NCBI GenBank assembly: GCA_001783715.1
Contig: MFNF01000061.1
Span: 6,722 to 70,721, forward strand
Length of the DNA stretch: 64,000 bases
Direction of reading: 5' to 3'
Source: Candidatus Lambdaproteobacteria bacterium RIFOXYD2_FULL_56_26
GTDB taxonomy: Bacteria > SAR324 > XYD2-FULL-50-16
The notes beneath the pieces are model-generated. The model ran no database searches, was not told the DNA's origin, and saw only the letters and a list, made by a program, of their open reading frames with translations. This document shows positions 51,875-62,325 of this stretch, piece by piece (position 1 is the first letter of the stretch; the number at the start of each line of letters is the position of its first letter). A program made the position numbers and the translations under genes.

Positions 51875-52781
51875 AGGTCGGTTTGGGTGGCGAAGATCTG
51901 TGACAAAGCCCCGTTGATTTCAGGGTAGCTAAAAACAAAACCGGATTCCAACAATTTATGGGGCAATACCTTTTGGCTGCCCAAGACCATCTCGGCCCGT
52001 TCCCCCAGGATCAGCCGGACCAAAAATGCGGGGACAAACAAAAAACTTGGCTTTTTGAGGCTTCGGCCCAAGGCCTGGGCAAACCCCTTGGCCCGGATCG
52101 GGTTGGGGGCGGTTAAGTTAAAGGGGCCTGACAGACTGGGGTCTCGGCTCAGAAGCTCCAGCGCTCCCAAATGGTCAAACAGATGGATCCAACTCATCCA
52201 CTGCCTGCCGTTGCCCAAGGGGCCGCCGACATAGGCCATAAACGGGGGGACCATCTTTTGGAGGATTCCGCCCTTGGGACCCAGCACCAACCCGGTCCGA
52301 GCCAAGACCACCCGGACCCCCAAAGCTTGGGCCGCCAAAGCTTCGGCTTCCCAAGCGGCACACAATTGGGCCAAAAAACCGGTCCCGGCTGGGTGGGGTT
52401 CGGTCATTTCCTCTTCCGCATCAAAGGGATAAAACCCAATGGCCGAGCCCTGGACCAGGGTTTGGGGCTTGACCTCTTGGGCTCCCATCCAGGTCACTAA
52501 CCTTTTTGTTAGTCCCACCCGGGATTCCAAAATTAACGCCTTTTGTTCCTCGGTCCAGGGTTTGTCCACGATCGGTGCCCCGGCCAGATTAAAAACCCTG
52601 TCGATTGGCCCTGAGATTTGGCTTAGCTCGGTCACAAATTCAACGGAATCCCCAAACAGTGCTTTGGCTTGGGAAAGGCTTCTGACCAGACAAAGGGGCT
52701 TTTGGGACCGACTCAAACGTCGGGTCAATTCTTGGCCGATAAAGCCGGTTGCGCCTAGAATCAGGGTTCGTGGTTTCATGG
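51871..52781 (-). CDS. TIGR01777-family NAD-dependent epimerase/dehydratase (YfcH-like)
   Basis: Rossmann motif ILGATGFIGQEL at the N-terminus and DUF1731-like C-terminus. Confidence 0.75.
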
Positions 52782-53038
52782 ACACCTCAAGTTCCCCTAA
52801 ACTGGTAGCTTGAACCCCCTTTGTCAATAAGCCCCCCTGCAAACGGCATGATTCTCTCTTTCAATGGAACAACTTAGGGAAAACGCCCTATTTGCAAGGG
52901 GCCATTGTTTCGGTAAGCAATGGCCATGTTCTCCAAGGGTTGCAAGGCGAAGAGAGCACCCCCCGGCCTTGGGTCAAGGTCGGGGGCAAATTCACCGCCC
53001 CAAGGACTTAAACCAACCGCAAAAACAGGGAAGAAAAG

Positions 53039-53332
53039 ATGAGCAAAAATATCACGAAGGCCGACCTGATCGCCGCCGCCGCCAAGGAAGCAGGGACCAC
53101 CAAAGCGGCCACCGAGAAGGTGATCAACGCCTTGGTTGACGCAGTTGAAGTCGCACTGGTCGGTGGCCGGTCCGTCACCTTGGTCGGCTTCGGAACTTTT
53201 AGTATCGGCAAACGCCAAGCCCGCAAAGGCCGTAATCCGCAAACCAAAAAAGAGATCCGTATTCCCGCTGCAACGGTCGCCAAATTTAAGCCCGGCAAGT
53301 TGCTCAAAGAAGCAGTGAACAAGCACAAGTAA
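53039..53332 (+). CDS. hup: HU family DNA-binding protein (second paralogue)
   Basis: 97 aa with the HU signature (VTLVGFGTF...RKGRNPQT...IPA...KFKPGK). Confidence 0.9.
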   Translation: MSKNITKADLIAAAAKEAGTTKAATEKVINALVDAVEVALVGGRSVTLVGFGTFSIGKRQARKGRNPQTKKEIRIPAATVAKFKPGKLLKEAVNKHK

Positions 53333-53335
53333 CCG

Positions 53336-54028
53336 ATGGAAACCGCTTCTTTGGAGCGGTTTTACCGCCAGCTCTTGGAGACCTACGGACCCCAAGGCTG
53401 GTGGCCTCTTTACCTCAGTGCTCCTCCCCCCGCCTACCTCAAGACCCCCAACCTTCGGCCTGAAAACGACCGGCAACGGCTGGAGATTGTCTTGGGCGCA
53501 GTGTTAACCCAAAACACCGCCTGGACCAACGTGACCACCGCTTTGGCCCGCCTGGGGCAGGCCGGGCTTTTGGGTCTTGAGGAACTGCTGGCCGTCCCGG
53601 TGGAGGAACTGGCCCAGGTGATTCGGCCCGCCGGGTACTTCAACCAAAAGGCCATTTACCTCAAGGAGCTGGCCTGGTTTTTTACCCAACATCCCTTTGA
53701 CTCCCTGACCCAGCTGGACCGGTTTGAAGCCCGGTTGCGGCTCCTGTCGGTCAAGGGTGTGGGCGAGGAAACCGCCGACTGCATCCTCCTTTATGCCTTA
53801 GGCCAACCTTGTTTTGTGATTGATGCCTATACCCGGAGAATCTTGTTGGCCCTGGGGCTCGCCCAAGGCAAAGAGCCCTACCGGCTTTTGGCCCAAGGGT
53901 TTGAAGAGGCTCTCCCCTTGGATTTTCGGCTCTTCCAGGAGTACCACGGACTCTTGGTAGCCCACGGAAAGGCCTATTATTCAAAAAAACCCTACCCCAA
54001 GCTTGATCCGTTGGCCAAGGGCAGGTAG
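53336..54028 (+). CDS. HhH-GPD superfamily base-excision glycosylase (endonuclease III-like, no Fe-S cluster)
   Basis: HhH motif (LLSVKGVGEETADCILLYAL) and catalytic Asp (VIDAYTRRI); no C-terminal Cys cluster. Confidence 0.7.
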   Translation: METASLERFYRQLLETYGPQGWWPLYLSAPPPAYLKTPNLRPENDRQRLEIVLGAVLTQNTAWTNVTTALARLGQAGLLGLEELLAVPVEELAQVIRPAGYFNQKAIYLKELAWFFTQHPFDSLTQLDRFEARLRLLSVKGVGEETADCILLYALGQPCFVIDAYTRRILLALGLAQGKEPYRLLAQGFEEALPLDFRLFQEYHGLLVAHGKAYYSKKPYPKLDPLAKGR

Positions 54029-54057
54029 AGTGTCGCCAAAGACCCTAAAGGAGCCCT

Positions 54058-56667
54058 ATGAGCCTGAACCTAGAACGGTTCACCCGTCCCGCTGAAGAAG
54101 CGATTTACTTGGCCCACCGGATTGTCTCGGAAAACCGACAACAAAAGATGGAGGCGGAACACCTGCTTTTATCGCTGCTGCGGCTCGGTGAAGGGGGGCT
54201 CAACGAAATTTTGGGCCAGCTCAAACTGGACAAAAAAGCCCTGGAAGAAGAGCTGCAAAGGTACTTGGAAAAACTGGACCCGGCCACCAGTCAAGGCAAG
54301 GATGTTTACCTCTCTTATTCCTGCGAGCAATGTATCCGCAAGGCCGAGTACGAGGCCGACCGGATGCGGGACGAATTCCTGGGTCCCGAACATTTGGTCC
54401 TGGGCATCCTGGCCAACACCGGCACCGAAGCCTCGACCATCCTGCGGGGCCAAGGGCTCGACCTCAAAAGCCTGACCAAAACCATCGAAGCCTTCCGGGG
54501 CGGCAAGCGGATCACCAGCCGGGGCGGCAACCCGGCGGAGCTGGAAAATGTCAACCTCTACTGCCGGGACTTTGTGGCCCTAGCTCGGGAAAACAAGTTT
54601 GACCCGGTGATTGGCCGGGACGAGGAGGTCCGCAGGGTGATCCAGGTGTTGTCCAGACGGAGCAAAAACAACCCGGTCCTGATCGGCGAGCCAGGGGTCG
54701 GCAAGACGGCAATCATCGAAGGCCTAGCCCAGCGAATCTACCAAGGGGATGTGCCTGAAAACATGAAAAACGCCAGTCTGATGGCCCTCGACTTGGCGGC
54801 TATGGTAGCAGGGGCCAAGTACCGTGGGGAGTTTGAAGACCGGCTCAAGAGCCTGCTCCGGGAGATCGAAACCGCCGGGCGGCACATCATCCTTTTTATC
54901 GACGAACTGCACACTCTGGTGGGGGCGGGGGCCTCCGAAGGGGCTCTGGATGCCAGCAACATGCTCAAACCGGCCTTGGCCCGTGGGGTCTTGCGTTGTG
55001 TCGGGGCAACTACCATCAATGAATTCAAAAAATACATCGAAAAGGACCCGGCCCTGGAACGGCGGTTCCAGCAGGTCCTGGTCAAGGAACCAACGGTAGA
55101 GGCTTGCATCGGCATCTTGCGAGGCCTCAAAGGCAAATACGAGGTCCACCACGGGGTGCGGATCAAGGATTCGGCCATTCTCGCTTCGGCCAAACTGGCG
55201 GCCAGGTACATCCCGGACCGTTACCTGCCCGACAAGGCCATTGACCTGATTGACGAGGCGGCCAGCAAGGTGCGCATTGAGATCGACTCCATGCCCACAG
55301 TGATCGACCAAGCGGAACGCAAGGCCTTGGGCCTAGAGATCGAACGGGCGGCCCTCTCCAAGGAAGAGGACTCTGAGTCCCGGCAGCGAACCAAGGAACT
55401 GGACCAGGAGATCCTGCGGTACCGGAAACAGGCAGAGGAGCTGAAGTCCCAATGGCGGTCCGAACGGGAGTTGATCAGCAAGATCAGGGCGCTCAAAGAA
55501 GAGATCGAACGGACCTTACAAGAAGAACTGGAAGCCCAACGGGCGGGGAACCTGGAGTTGGCCGCCAAACTCAAGTACGGCACCCAGGACGCTTTGCAAC
55601 GGGAATTGGCCCAGGCCAACAAGTTCCTGACCGATTCGGACCAAGGCCGTCTGCTCAAAGAGGAAATCGACGAAGAGGACATCGCCCAGATCGTCAGCAA
55701 ATGGACCGGCATCCCGGTTTCCCGGATGATGATGGACGAACAGGTCAAACTGCTTAACATGGAGCGGGCGCTTTCCCAAGGGGTGATCGGCCAAAAGCGG
55801 GCGCTCTTGGCGGTCAGCAACGCCATCAGAAGGGCAAGGACCGGCATCCAAGACCCCAACCGCCCCTTGGGCAGCTTTATCTTCATGGGGCCAACCGGGG
55901 TGGGGAAAACCGAGTTGGCCAAAAAGCTGGCGGCCTTTTTGTTTGACGATGAAAAAGCCATGATCCGCTTGGACATGAGCGAATACATGGAAAAACACTC
56001 GGTCAGCCGTCTGGTCGGGGCCCCTCCAGGGTACACCGGCTATGACGAGGGGGGCATCCTGACCGAGGCGGTCCACCGCAAACCCTATTCGGTGCTGTTG
56101 TTTGACGAAGTGGAGAAGGGGCACCCGGAGATCTTTAACGTCCTGCTCCAGATCTTGGACGAAGGGATCTTGACCGACTCTCGAGGCATCAAGGTGGACT
56201 TCAAGAACACCATCGTGATCCTGACCACCAACCTGGGCAGCGAGGTGATCCTAAAAACCTTCCAGGAGCAAAAGAAGGTCCCGCCGTTGCTGGCCCGAAA
56301 AATCCTCTTGGGCCACTTCCGGCCCGAACTGCTCAACCGGGTGGACGAGGTGATCGTCTTTGAACCCTTGACCTTGGAGTCCATCGAAAAATTGGTGGAG
56401 TTGCAGGTAGGCAAACTGAGCGACCGCCTGGAAGCGGGGGGAGGCACCCAGCTCAAGGTCAGCCCCGAAGCCCAGAAATTCCTGGCCCAACGGGGCTTCG
56501 ACCTGGAGTTTGGAGCCCGGCCACTCAAGCGGCTCTTGCAACGGGAACTGGAAGATGTGCTGGCCTACAAGATTTTAGACGGCACCATCCACCCCGGCGA
56601 CCAAATCGAAGTCCGCCTGAACGCCGACCAACTTACCTTCCACCGAGTCAAATCGGCGGAGGGGTAG
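54058..56667 (+). CDS. clpB: ATP-dependent chaperone ClpB
   Basis: 869 aa: Clp_N repeats, NBD1 ([10 protein letters not shown]), long coiled-coil M-domain, NBD2 ([12 protein letters not shown]), sensor-2. Confidence 0.95.
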   Translation: MSLNLERFTRPAEEAIYLAHRIVSENRQQKMEAEHLLLSLLRLGEGGLNEILGQLKLDKKALEEELQRYLEKLDPATSQGKDVYLSYSCEQCIRKAEYEADRMRDEFLGPEHLVLGILANTGTEASTILRGQGLDLKSLTKTIEAFRGGKRITSRGGNPAELENVNLYCRDFVALARENKFDPVIGRDEEVRRVIQVLSRRSKNNPVLIGEPGVGKTAIIEGLAQRIYQGDVPENMKNASLMALDLAAMVAGAKYRGEFEDRLKSLLREIETAGRHIILFIDELHTLVGAGASEGALDASNMLKPALARGVLRCVGATTINEFKKYIEKDPALERRFQQVLVKEPTVEACIGILRGLKGKYEVHHGVRIKDSAILASAKLAARYIPDRYLPDKAIDLIDEAASKVRIEIDSMPTVIDQAERKALGLEIERAALSKEEDSESRQRTKELDQEILRYRKQAEELKSQWRSERELISKIRALKEEIERTLQEELEAQRAGNLELAAKLKYGTQDALQRELAQANKFLTDSDQGRLLKEEIDEEDIAQIVSKWTGIPVSRMMMDEQVKLLNMERALSQGVIGQKRALLAVSNAIRRARTGIQDPNRPLGSFIFMGPTGVGKTELAKKLAAFLFDDEKAMIRLDMSEYMEKHSVSRLVGAPPGYTGYDEGGILTEAVHRKPYSVLLFDEVEKGHPEIFNVLLQILDEGILTDSRGIKVDFKNTIVILTTNLGSEVILKTFQEQKKVPPLLARKILLGHFRPELLNRVDEVIVFEPLTLESIEKLVELQVGKLSDRLEAGGGTQLKVSPEAQKFLAQRGFDLEFGARPLKRLLQRELEDVLAYKILDGTIHPGDQIEVRLNADQLTFHRVKSAEG

Positions 56668-56821
56668 CGTTCCTATTCAAATTTAATGTCAATTGGATAC
56701 AATATTTATGCGGTCAAGCGCATCTTGTGGATCGAAGCCAGGAGGGGTGGGCTTGAAGTCCTTACTCTCCCTCTGCAGGCTGTACTCCTTGCTTTGAAAC
56801 TCCCGCAAAGATTTTAGATCA

Positions 56822-57682
56822 AGTTTCTGTTGGCGCTGCAAGGTCATATCCTGCATAGAGCCAATTTCATAGCTGCTAGGAGGTTTTCTATGACGAGAAC
56901 CTTCGCTGAGAACCAGTGGGAAAAATGTATGCGGTTTTGTCCCCGGACCCTCGTGCCTACGCAGGCCACGAAGCGGACTGCCGATGTTTTCTTAGAAGGG
57001 GTCTTGTGGCTGGCCCTCAGCGAGGGCAATGGCGGCTACTACCTGAAAAATATGGCAAATGGAACAGCGTTTACAAACCGGTGGCAAGCCCACGGGGTTT
57101 TTGAGCGGCTCTTCTCCCAATTCAACTCCGAGGCGGATCTGGAGAACCTGCGGATCGACAGTACGGTGCTGCGGGCTCATCCTTGCTCCGCCGGGGCTTT
57201 AAAAAAGTAGCCCACCCCAAAAAGCTCCGCTTTCCGGGGACCCCGGCGGTGGACAGTCTGCCCATGCGTTAGGCCGGCTTCACCACTAAGGTTCATATCG
57301 CCGTGGACGGACTGGGAAACCCTTTACGCTTTATCCTAACCGGTGGGCAAGTGCATGATGTAACGCAAGCTTGTTCGCTGGTTGAGGGATTCAAGGCCCA
57401 GGCTGTACTGGTGGACAAAGGGTATGCATCCTTTGAGTTTAGGCGACAAATCGAAGAGTAGGGGATGCTGCCGGTGATTCCCCCCCAAAAACCAACCAAA
57501 GGGAACCTTGGAAAACCGATTTTGTGCGTTACAAAGAGCGGCATTTTGTGGAGTGCTTCATCAATAAAATAAAACACTTCCGCAGGGTCTTTTCAAGATT
57601 CGAGAAGCTGGCAGACCGATACTTGGCCGTCCTCTACTTCGTCGGGACCCTCATCTGGCTCCGATGAATGTCAACAGAACCT
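56822..57682 (+). mobile_element. degenerate IS5-family (IS427-group) insertion sequence
   Basis: orfA (56889-57210) ends at slippery A AAA AAG (57202-57208); orfB DDE fragments (HIAVDGLGNPLRF...DKGYAS) interrupted by an in-frame TAG (~57460) and a further frameshift; C-terminal ...KHFRRVFSRFEKLADRYLAV...WLR*; IR-R atgtcaacagaacc at 57669-57682; degenerate IR-L near 56822. Confidence 0.7.
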
Positions 57683-58652
57683 AAAAGGAAAAACCCACCG
57701 AAAGCAGCGGGAGTTTTCGGGCTTCTTCCTGATCCTCGCTGATTTGAAGCAGGGTCAGGTTATACAAAATGTCAAACCAGGTATGTAGGGCCATGGCGCT
57801 AACCAGATCGGTCTTGCCGATACTGGGCTGATAAACATAGCCCTGGTAGGCACCCAGCAAAAAGGCACCAGCCGGATTAGCCGTGGGCGCACTGCTGTAG
57901 TGAAGAGCCCCGAATAGGGCCGCCGCTGACCAGATGGCCGTATGGCGCGCTGATTCGCTACCCCACCCCGAATTGGACAGAGATTCAAAAATACTTTTCT
58001 GAAGGCTCCCACGGAACATGGCTTCCTCACCAATCCCCACGGGGTAGAACATTAGAGGGGTTTGGCGGCGCTGCTTCTCGGGAGTGAAGCCGCCGTAATA
58101 TTCGTCGCGGATCACCACTTGCCGCTGTACGGCCCCGCTTTGCAAAAAGGCGTAGGTAGCGCCGATACCGAGCCAAAACATCCAATTGCCTCCGAATTGG
58201 TCGATGCGGAGTGGAGCAAGAGCGGCCTGCCAGGTTTCGGGATTTGGTTTGCAATCATGGGCGTTCAAATCCCAAAAGGAAAAGAAACCCAAATTGAGCT
58301 GCCAAGTGAAGGCCATGTATTCGTCCCAGGTCTGCCGGTTCCAGCGGCGAATCAGTTCGATCTTTCCACTGGTGCTTTCCTCTGCGGGAATGATTTCAAA
58401 GCGCTCGTTCATAGGAATCAGGTCGCCGGAATGCCGCAGATCAGCAATCTGCTTGGTCAAGGCCCAGCGGCTCCCCCCAATGACCAGCGCCTTGCCATAC
58501 TGCCCGGAACCCACATACCCCGTCCCAGGCAAGAAAAATTCGCCCCACGCAGAAGTTGTACATCCCGCACGTAAAGTGGCAGGAAGCATCAGAGCCAATA
58601 AAAGAAGTACCGTTTTCAAGTATTCCTGTAAGTTATTGGGTTCTGTTGACAC
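57681..58652 (-). CDS. CPBP-family (CAAX/Abi) intramembrane metalloprotease
   Basis: Motif 1 EExxxR (GIGEEAMFRGSL), motif 3 FxxxH (ALFGALHYS), multiple TM helices; ORF exactly fills the space between two facing IS ends; start codon non-ATG or internal. Confidence 0.6.
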   Translation of the reverse strand: MSTEPNNLQEYLKTVLLLLALMLPATLRAGCTTSAWGEFFLPGTGYVGSGQYGKALVIGGSRWALTKQIADLRHSGDLIPMNERFEIIPAEESTSGKIELIRRWNRQTWDEYMAFTWQLNLGFFSFWDLNAHDCKPNPETWQAALAPLRIDQFGGNWMFWLGIGATYAFLQSGAVQRQVVIRDEYYGGFTPEKQRRQTPLMFYPVGIGEEAMFRGSLQKSIFESLSNSGWGSESARHTAIWSAAALFGALHYSSAPTANPAGAFLLGAYQGYVYQPSIGKTDLVSAMALHTWFDILYNLTLLQISEDQEEARKLPLLSVGFSF

Positions 58653-58800
58653 TCACCGGAGCCAGAAGAGGGTTCCGATGAAGTAGAGGAAGGCCAAGTA
58701 CCGGTCCCCCAGCTTCTCGAATCTTGAAAAGACCCTGCGGAGGTGGTTTATTTTGTTAAAGTCTTTGAAATGGTTATCCAAAAACGAATCACGGTTTACG
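58637..58800 (-). mobile_element. partial, inverted second copy of the same IS (right-end ~130-160 bp only)
   Basis: 58637-58760 is ~85% identical to the reverse complement of 57560-57682 (ggttctgttgacactcaccggagccaga...cttctcgaatcttgaaaagaccctgcgga), encoding ...KHFRRVFSRFEKLGDRYLAFLYFIGTLFWLR*. Confidence 0.65.
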
Positions 58801-59061
58801 ACGAAATGGCCAAGGAATTGAATCAAACCTATTGCTTTTTCTTACAGTGAGGAGATTGAAAAGAAGTAACCCCACTGGAGATCGTGGAAAAAACATAAGC
58901 TTGATCGAGTTTTTTATACCTATCGTTTGGACTGGAGCTAAGAGTTGAAACCTAGTTTAAGTGAATCAACTCGGTAAGGGCCAAGCCCTCGCTTCGGTGG
59001 GGGCTTATTTGGCGATTTGTCACATGTTTGAAGCCTTGAGCAAACGGCTTGTACGCACTCT

Positions 59062-59739
59062 TTACTCCGAAAAAAACTCCACCGACCGGATGAAGACGGC
59101 GGTGTTGCCTTCGGTTTCACGGGTGTCGAACTCGAAGCCGAAGCCGATGACCGGGGGCATGGGTTTGCCGAAACGGGCTTGGAAGCTTACGGGCAGTTCC
59201 ATTTCGGTGGTCAGATCCTGCCCGACCGGGGCCTTGCAGGGAAGGCAGATGTAGCGGCCAGCTTGGGTGTAATAGAGCCCTTTGTACCAAAGGCCCTGGG
59301 TGTCTTGGTCGTTGAGGAAGGCCCCCAGGAAGTAGGGGACCTTGGGCAGGATCAAAGAATCGCTTTCCTGCAATTCTCGGCCAAACGCCACCAAGAACAT
59401 GGCATTTTCCCGGCGCACTTCCTTGTTCCAGCTAGCCCCTTTGGGGTAGGCAGTGACACCCCAAACCACCTTGACCCGTTTGGCTCCGGGAATGTCCCTT
59501 CCCAAGGCCATTCCACCCAAAAGGTTGGGGGTCAACTCAATGTACAGGCGGCCTTGTTTGATCTTGGGCTTGATCTTCTCCCGGGCATCCTCTTGCAGGG
59601 CAAAGTTGTTCATGTGCAGGAACCGGGCTGCGTCCCCATCGGGGGCTTCGGAGAAGTCCAACTTAAAAAGCGATTCGGCCAAGAGGGGGGAAGCAAATAG
59701 GAACAGTCCGGCCAAAAGGGGCAAAAGCTTGTGTTTCAT
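59062..59739 (-). CDS. hypothetical exported protein
   Basis: 225 aa with signal peptide (MKHKLLPLLAGLFLFASPLLA); no confidently recognised domain. Confidence 0.4.
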   Translation of the reverse strand: MKHKLLPLLAGLFLFASPLLAESLFKLDFSEAPDGDAARFLHMNNFALQEDAREKIKPKIKQGRLYIELTPNLLGGMALGRDIPGAKRVKVVWGVTAYPKGASWNKEVRRENAMFLVAFGRELQESDSLILPKVPYFLGAFLNDQDTQGLWYKGLYYTQAGRYICLPCKAPVGQDLTTEMELPVSFQARFGKPMPPVIGFGFEFDTRETEGNTAVFIRSVEFFSE

Positions 59740-59931
59740 GGTCTCTAGGGGCGCTAGGGGTCTAAAAAAGTAGGGCCGGTTTGCTTGGCCTGGACTCAGG
59801 TTAGCGGACCTGGGCGGCTTCTACAAGAGGGGAGCCGGTGGAGGGGATTACTGTTTTGCCGCTTTTCCCTTGTTTGGGTCGGCCCTACCCCTTATGATCA
59901 AAGAAAAAACGAACCCGCTCTCAGGCCCGGT

Positions 59932-60399
59932 ATGATCATCCGTAAACTTTTTAAGGCCGAGGCGGCCCACCGGGTCGCCCATTCCTACACCACAAGGTGC
60001 CAAGGGTTGCATGGCCATTCTTATCTGTTCGAGATTTTTTTGGCCGGCCAAACCCAGGACCAAGCCCAGATGTTGATGGATTTTAAATTGCTCAAAGACC
60101 AGTTCAACAACTTCATCGACAGCTTTGACCACACCTTGATGGTCTGGGACCAAGACCAGGAACTGGTGGAAATGGCTCCCAAGCTCAATGCCCGTTACAT
60201 GTTCCTGCCCTACAACCCCACGGCGGAGCAAATGGCCCGGCATATTTATGCCCACGCCCAAGAGATGGGCCTGCCCATTCACAGGGTCTTGGTCCATGAA
60301 ACCGCCACCGGCTACGCCGAGTTTGCCGGGGACGATCCAATCAAGATCGACCTCAAACGAGTGGTGTTTTCAGCCCAGATTTTGGCGGAGTACAAATAG
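59932..60399 (+). CDS. queD: 6-carboxy-5,6,7,8-tetrahydropterin synthase (PTPS family)
   Basis: ~155 aa with the Zn-binding His triad context (HRVAHSY...CQGLHGHSY) and catalytic Cys region; adjacent to queE. Confidence 0.8.
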   Translation: MIIRKLFKAEAAHRVAHSYTTRCQGLHGHSYLFEIFLAGQTQDQAQMLMDFKLLKDQFNNFIDSFDHTLMVWDQDQELVEMAPKLNARYMFLPYNPTAEQMARHIYAHAQEMGLPIHRVLVHETATGYAEFAGDDPIKIDLKRVVFSAQILAEYK

Positions 60400-60402
60400 C
60401 CC

Positions 60403-60990
60403 ATGTGGGTCAGCGAGGTCTTTTATTCCATCCAGGGCGAAGGTGCCCACATGGGCCGCCCAGCGGCGTTTGTTCGTTTTTTTGGTTGCGACTTGGATTG
60501 CGACTTTTGTGACGAACCATTGCACAAAACCCAAAAGCACCGGATGAGCCCCAAGGCAGTGGTGGAACAGCTTTTGGGCTGGCCGGTGCGGTTTGTGATC
60601 TTGACCGGCGGGGAGCCGAGCTTGGAGGACCGCAATCTTTTTATCGGCCTGCTCCATTCCCACGGGTTTGAAGTGGCGGTAGAAACCAACGGCTATGAGC
60701 CCGACAATATCGGCACCGCCGACTGGATCACCTACAGCCCCAAGGACTGGGACCACATCAAAACTGAACCCTTTTACGACGAACTCAAGCTAGTCTGCGA
60801 CATCCACAGCAACAAAGCCCAGGTGCTCCAGATTGCCGCCTTGTCCAAGAAGCCAGTGTTCCTCCAGCCCAAAGCCCAAACCGATCTTTTGGTCAGTCTC
60901 GCCAACGCCGAGTTCTGCCGCCAGCTGATCTTAGAACAGCCCAAGCTTAGACTTAGCCTAGGGTTGCAGCGGTTTTTGCGGTTCAAGTAA
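60403..60990 (+). CDS. queE: 7-carboxy-7-deazaguanine synthase (radical SAM)
   Basis: CxxxCxxC-type motif CDLDCDFC near the N-terminus; SIQGEG motif; ~195 aa. Confidence 0.85.
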   Translation: MWVSEVFYSIQGEGAHMGRPAAFVRFFGCDLDCDFCDEPLHKTQKHRMSPKAVVEQLLGWPVRFVILTGGEPSLEDRNLFIGLLHSHGFEVAVETNGYEPDNIGTADWITYSPKDWDHIKTEPFYDELKLVCDIHSNKAQVLQIAALSKKPVFLQPKAQTDLLVSLANAEFCRQLILEQPKLRLSLGLQRFLRFK

Positions 60991-61010
60991 AAGGGGTTTT
61001 GTAGGCTAGG

Positions 61011-61403
61011 TTAAACCAGCAATGCCCAACGGCCCCAGAGGGCCAAGCCCCAGAGGAAGAGGTAAAAGAGCAGGGAAAGCAGGACCAAGGCGCTGCCGAT
61101 GTCCTTGGCATCTTTGGCCAGGGGGTGAAAACCGGGGCTGGCGAGGTCCACCAGTCGCTCGATCCCGGTGTTGACCAATTCTACCAACAACAAAAAAAGC
61201 GCCCCAAAGCTCAGCCAAAGCTGCCAGAAGATCCCCAAAGGTAGGAACCAAACCAAGGCCGTAGCCGGAAGGAGCATCCAGAGTTCCTGGCGGAAGGCCG
61301 CTTCGGAGCGGTAAACCGAACCCAGGCCATCGAGGGAATAAAAAAAGGCTTTTACGATCCGGGTCAGGCCGGTGGCCTTGGGGGGAATCTGCCCTGGCTC
61401 CAT
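61011..61403 (-). CDS. dgkA: prokaryotic diacylglycerol kinase
   Basis: ~130 aa aligning along the length to E. coli DgkA (TRIVKAFFYSLDGL...EAAFRQE...VELVNTGIE...AKD.GSA). Confidence 0.8.
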   Translation of the reverse strand: MEPGQIPPKATGLTRIVKAFFYSLDGLGSVYRSEAAFRQELWMLLPATALVWFLPLGIFWQLWLSFGALFLLLVELVNTGIERLVDLASPGFHPLAKDAKDIGSALVLLSLLFYLFLWGLALWGRWALLV

Positions 61404-61546
61404 GGGTTTTACCTGAGAACAAGTCGTTGTGGCTGGAGCAAAATCCAAGCCTGGAGAACTGCGAGGAGACCCGCTTGGGGGCCTTTGGAAGAGGCCCAAA
61501 AAGGATTGCCCCCAAGACCCGCTTGGACCTGGAGTAAAGCTCCCTT

Positions 61547-62257
61547 TTACCGGACCTGGGTCCCGATCTTTTTGCCTTCCAAAAATTCCAACAGGTCGGT
61601 GTCCGAACCGATGTCCAGGACCGCCAGGGGAAGGTCGTTTTCCCGGCACAGGGCAATGGCCGAAGGGTCCATCACCTTGAGGTCCCTTTCCAAGACCTGG
61701 GAAAATGTCAGCTGGTCGTATTTGACCGCATCCTTGTGTTTTTTGGGGTCCTTGTCATACACCCCGTCCACCAAGGTGCCTTTGATCACCATGCTGGCCT
61801 CGATCTCCAAGGCCCGTAGAACAGCAGCGGTGTCGGTGGAAAAATAAGGGTTGCCGGTGCCACCGCCAAAAATCAGGATCTGCCCTTCGGCCAGCTTGCG
61901 GGTAGCAATCCGTTTTTCAAAGGCTTCGGCAACGGCGGGAATGTTGAGCCCGGTCATGACCCTGGCCACCTTGCCCCGGGCGATCAGACATTCCTTGAGG
62001 CAAAGGCTGTTCATCACCGTGGCCAACATACCGATGTGGTCGGCGGCTACTCGGTCCATCTTGACGGGTAGATCCCGAGCGCCACGGAAGAAGTTCCCGC
62101 CACCCAGCACCACCGCAACCTCAAAACCTCGGTCGTGGACCTGGCAAAGCTTGGCCGCCAACTGGTCGATCACCGCAAAGTCAAACCCTTGGCCTTTGGG
62201 GCCGCCCAGGTATTCGCCGCTCAACTTCAACAGGATTCTTCGGTGTTTTTCCAGCAT
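61547..62257 (-). CDS. pyrH: UMP kinase
   Basis: RILLKLSGE, GGGNFFRG and other PyrH motifs; start at MLEKHRR. Confidence 0.93.
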   Translation of the reverse strand: MLEKHRRILLKLSGEYLGGPKGQGFDFAVIDQLAAKLCQVHDRGFEVAVVLGGGNFFRGARDLPVKMDRVAADHIGMLATVMNSLCLKECLIARGKVARVMTGLNIPAVAEAFEKRIATRKLAEGQILIFGGGTGNPYFSTDTAAVLRALEIEASMVIKGTLVDGVYDKDPKKHKDAVKYDQLTFSQVLERDLKVMDPSAIALCRENDLPLAVLDIGSDTDLLEFLEGKKIGTQVR

Positions 62258-62325
62258 CAAGGAGCCGCCGATGGGGAGTGAAGACAAAAAAAAAGGGATG
62301 TTGCCATCCCTTTTTAAACCGGAGT

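Noticed and set aside
61006-61656. 216-aa minus-strand ORF overlapping dgkA in another frame
   Set aside because: It has Pro/Gly/Arg-rich artefact composition. The alternative frame (61011-61403) aligns along its whole length to E. coli DgkA.
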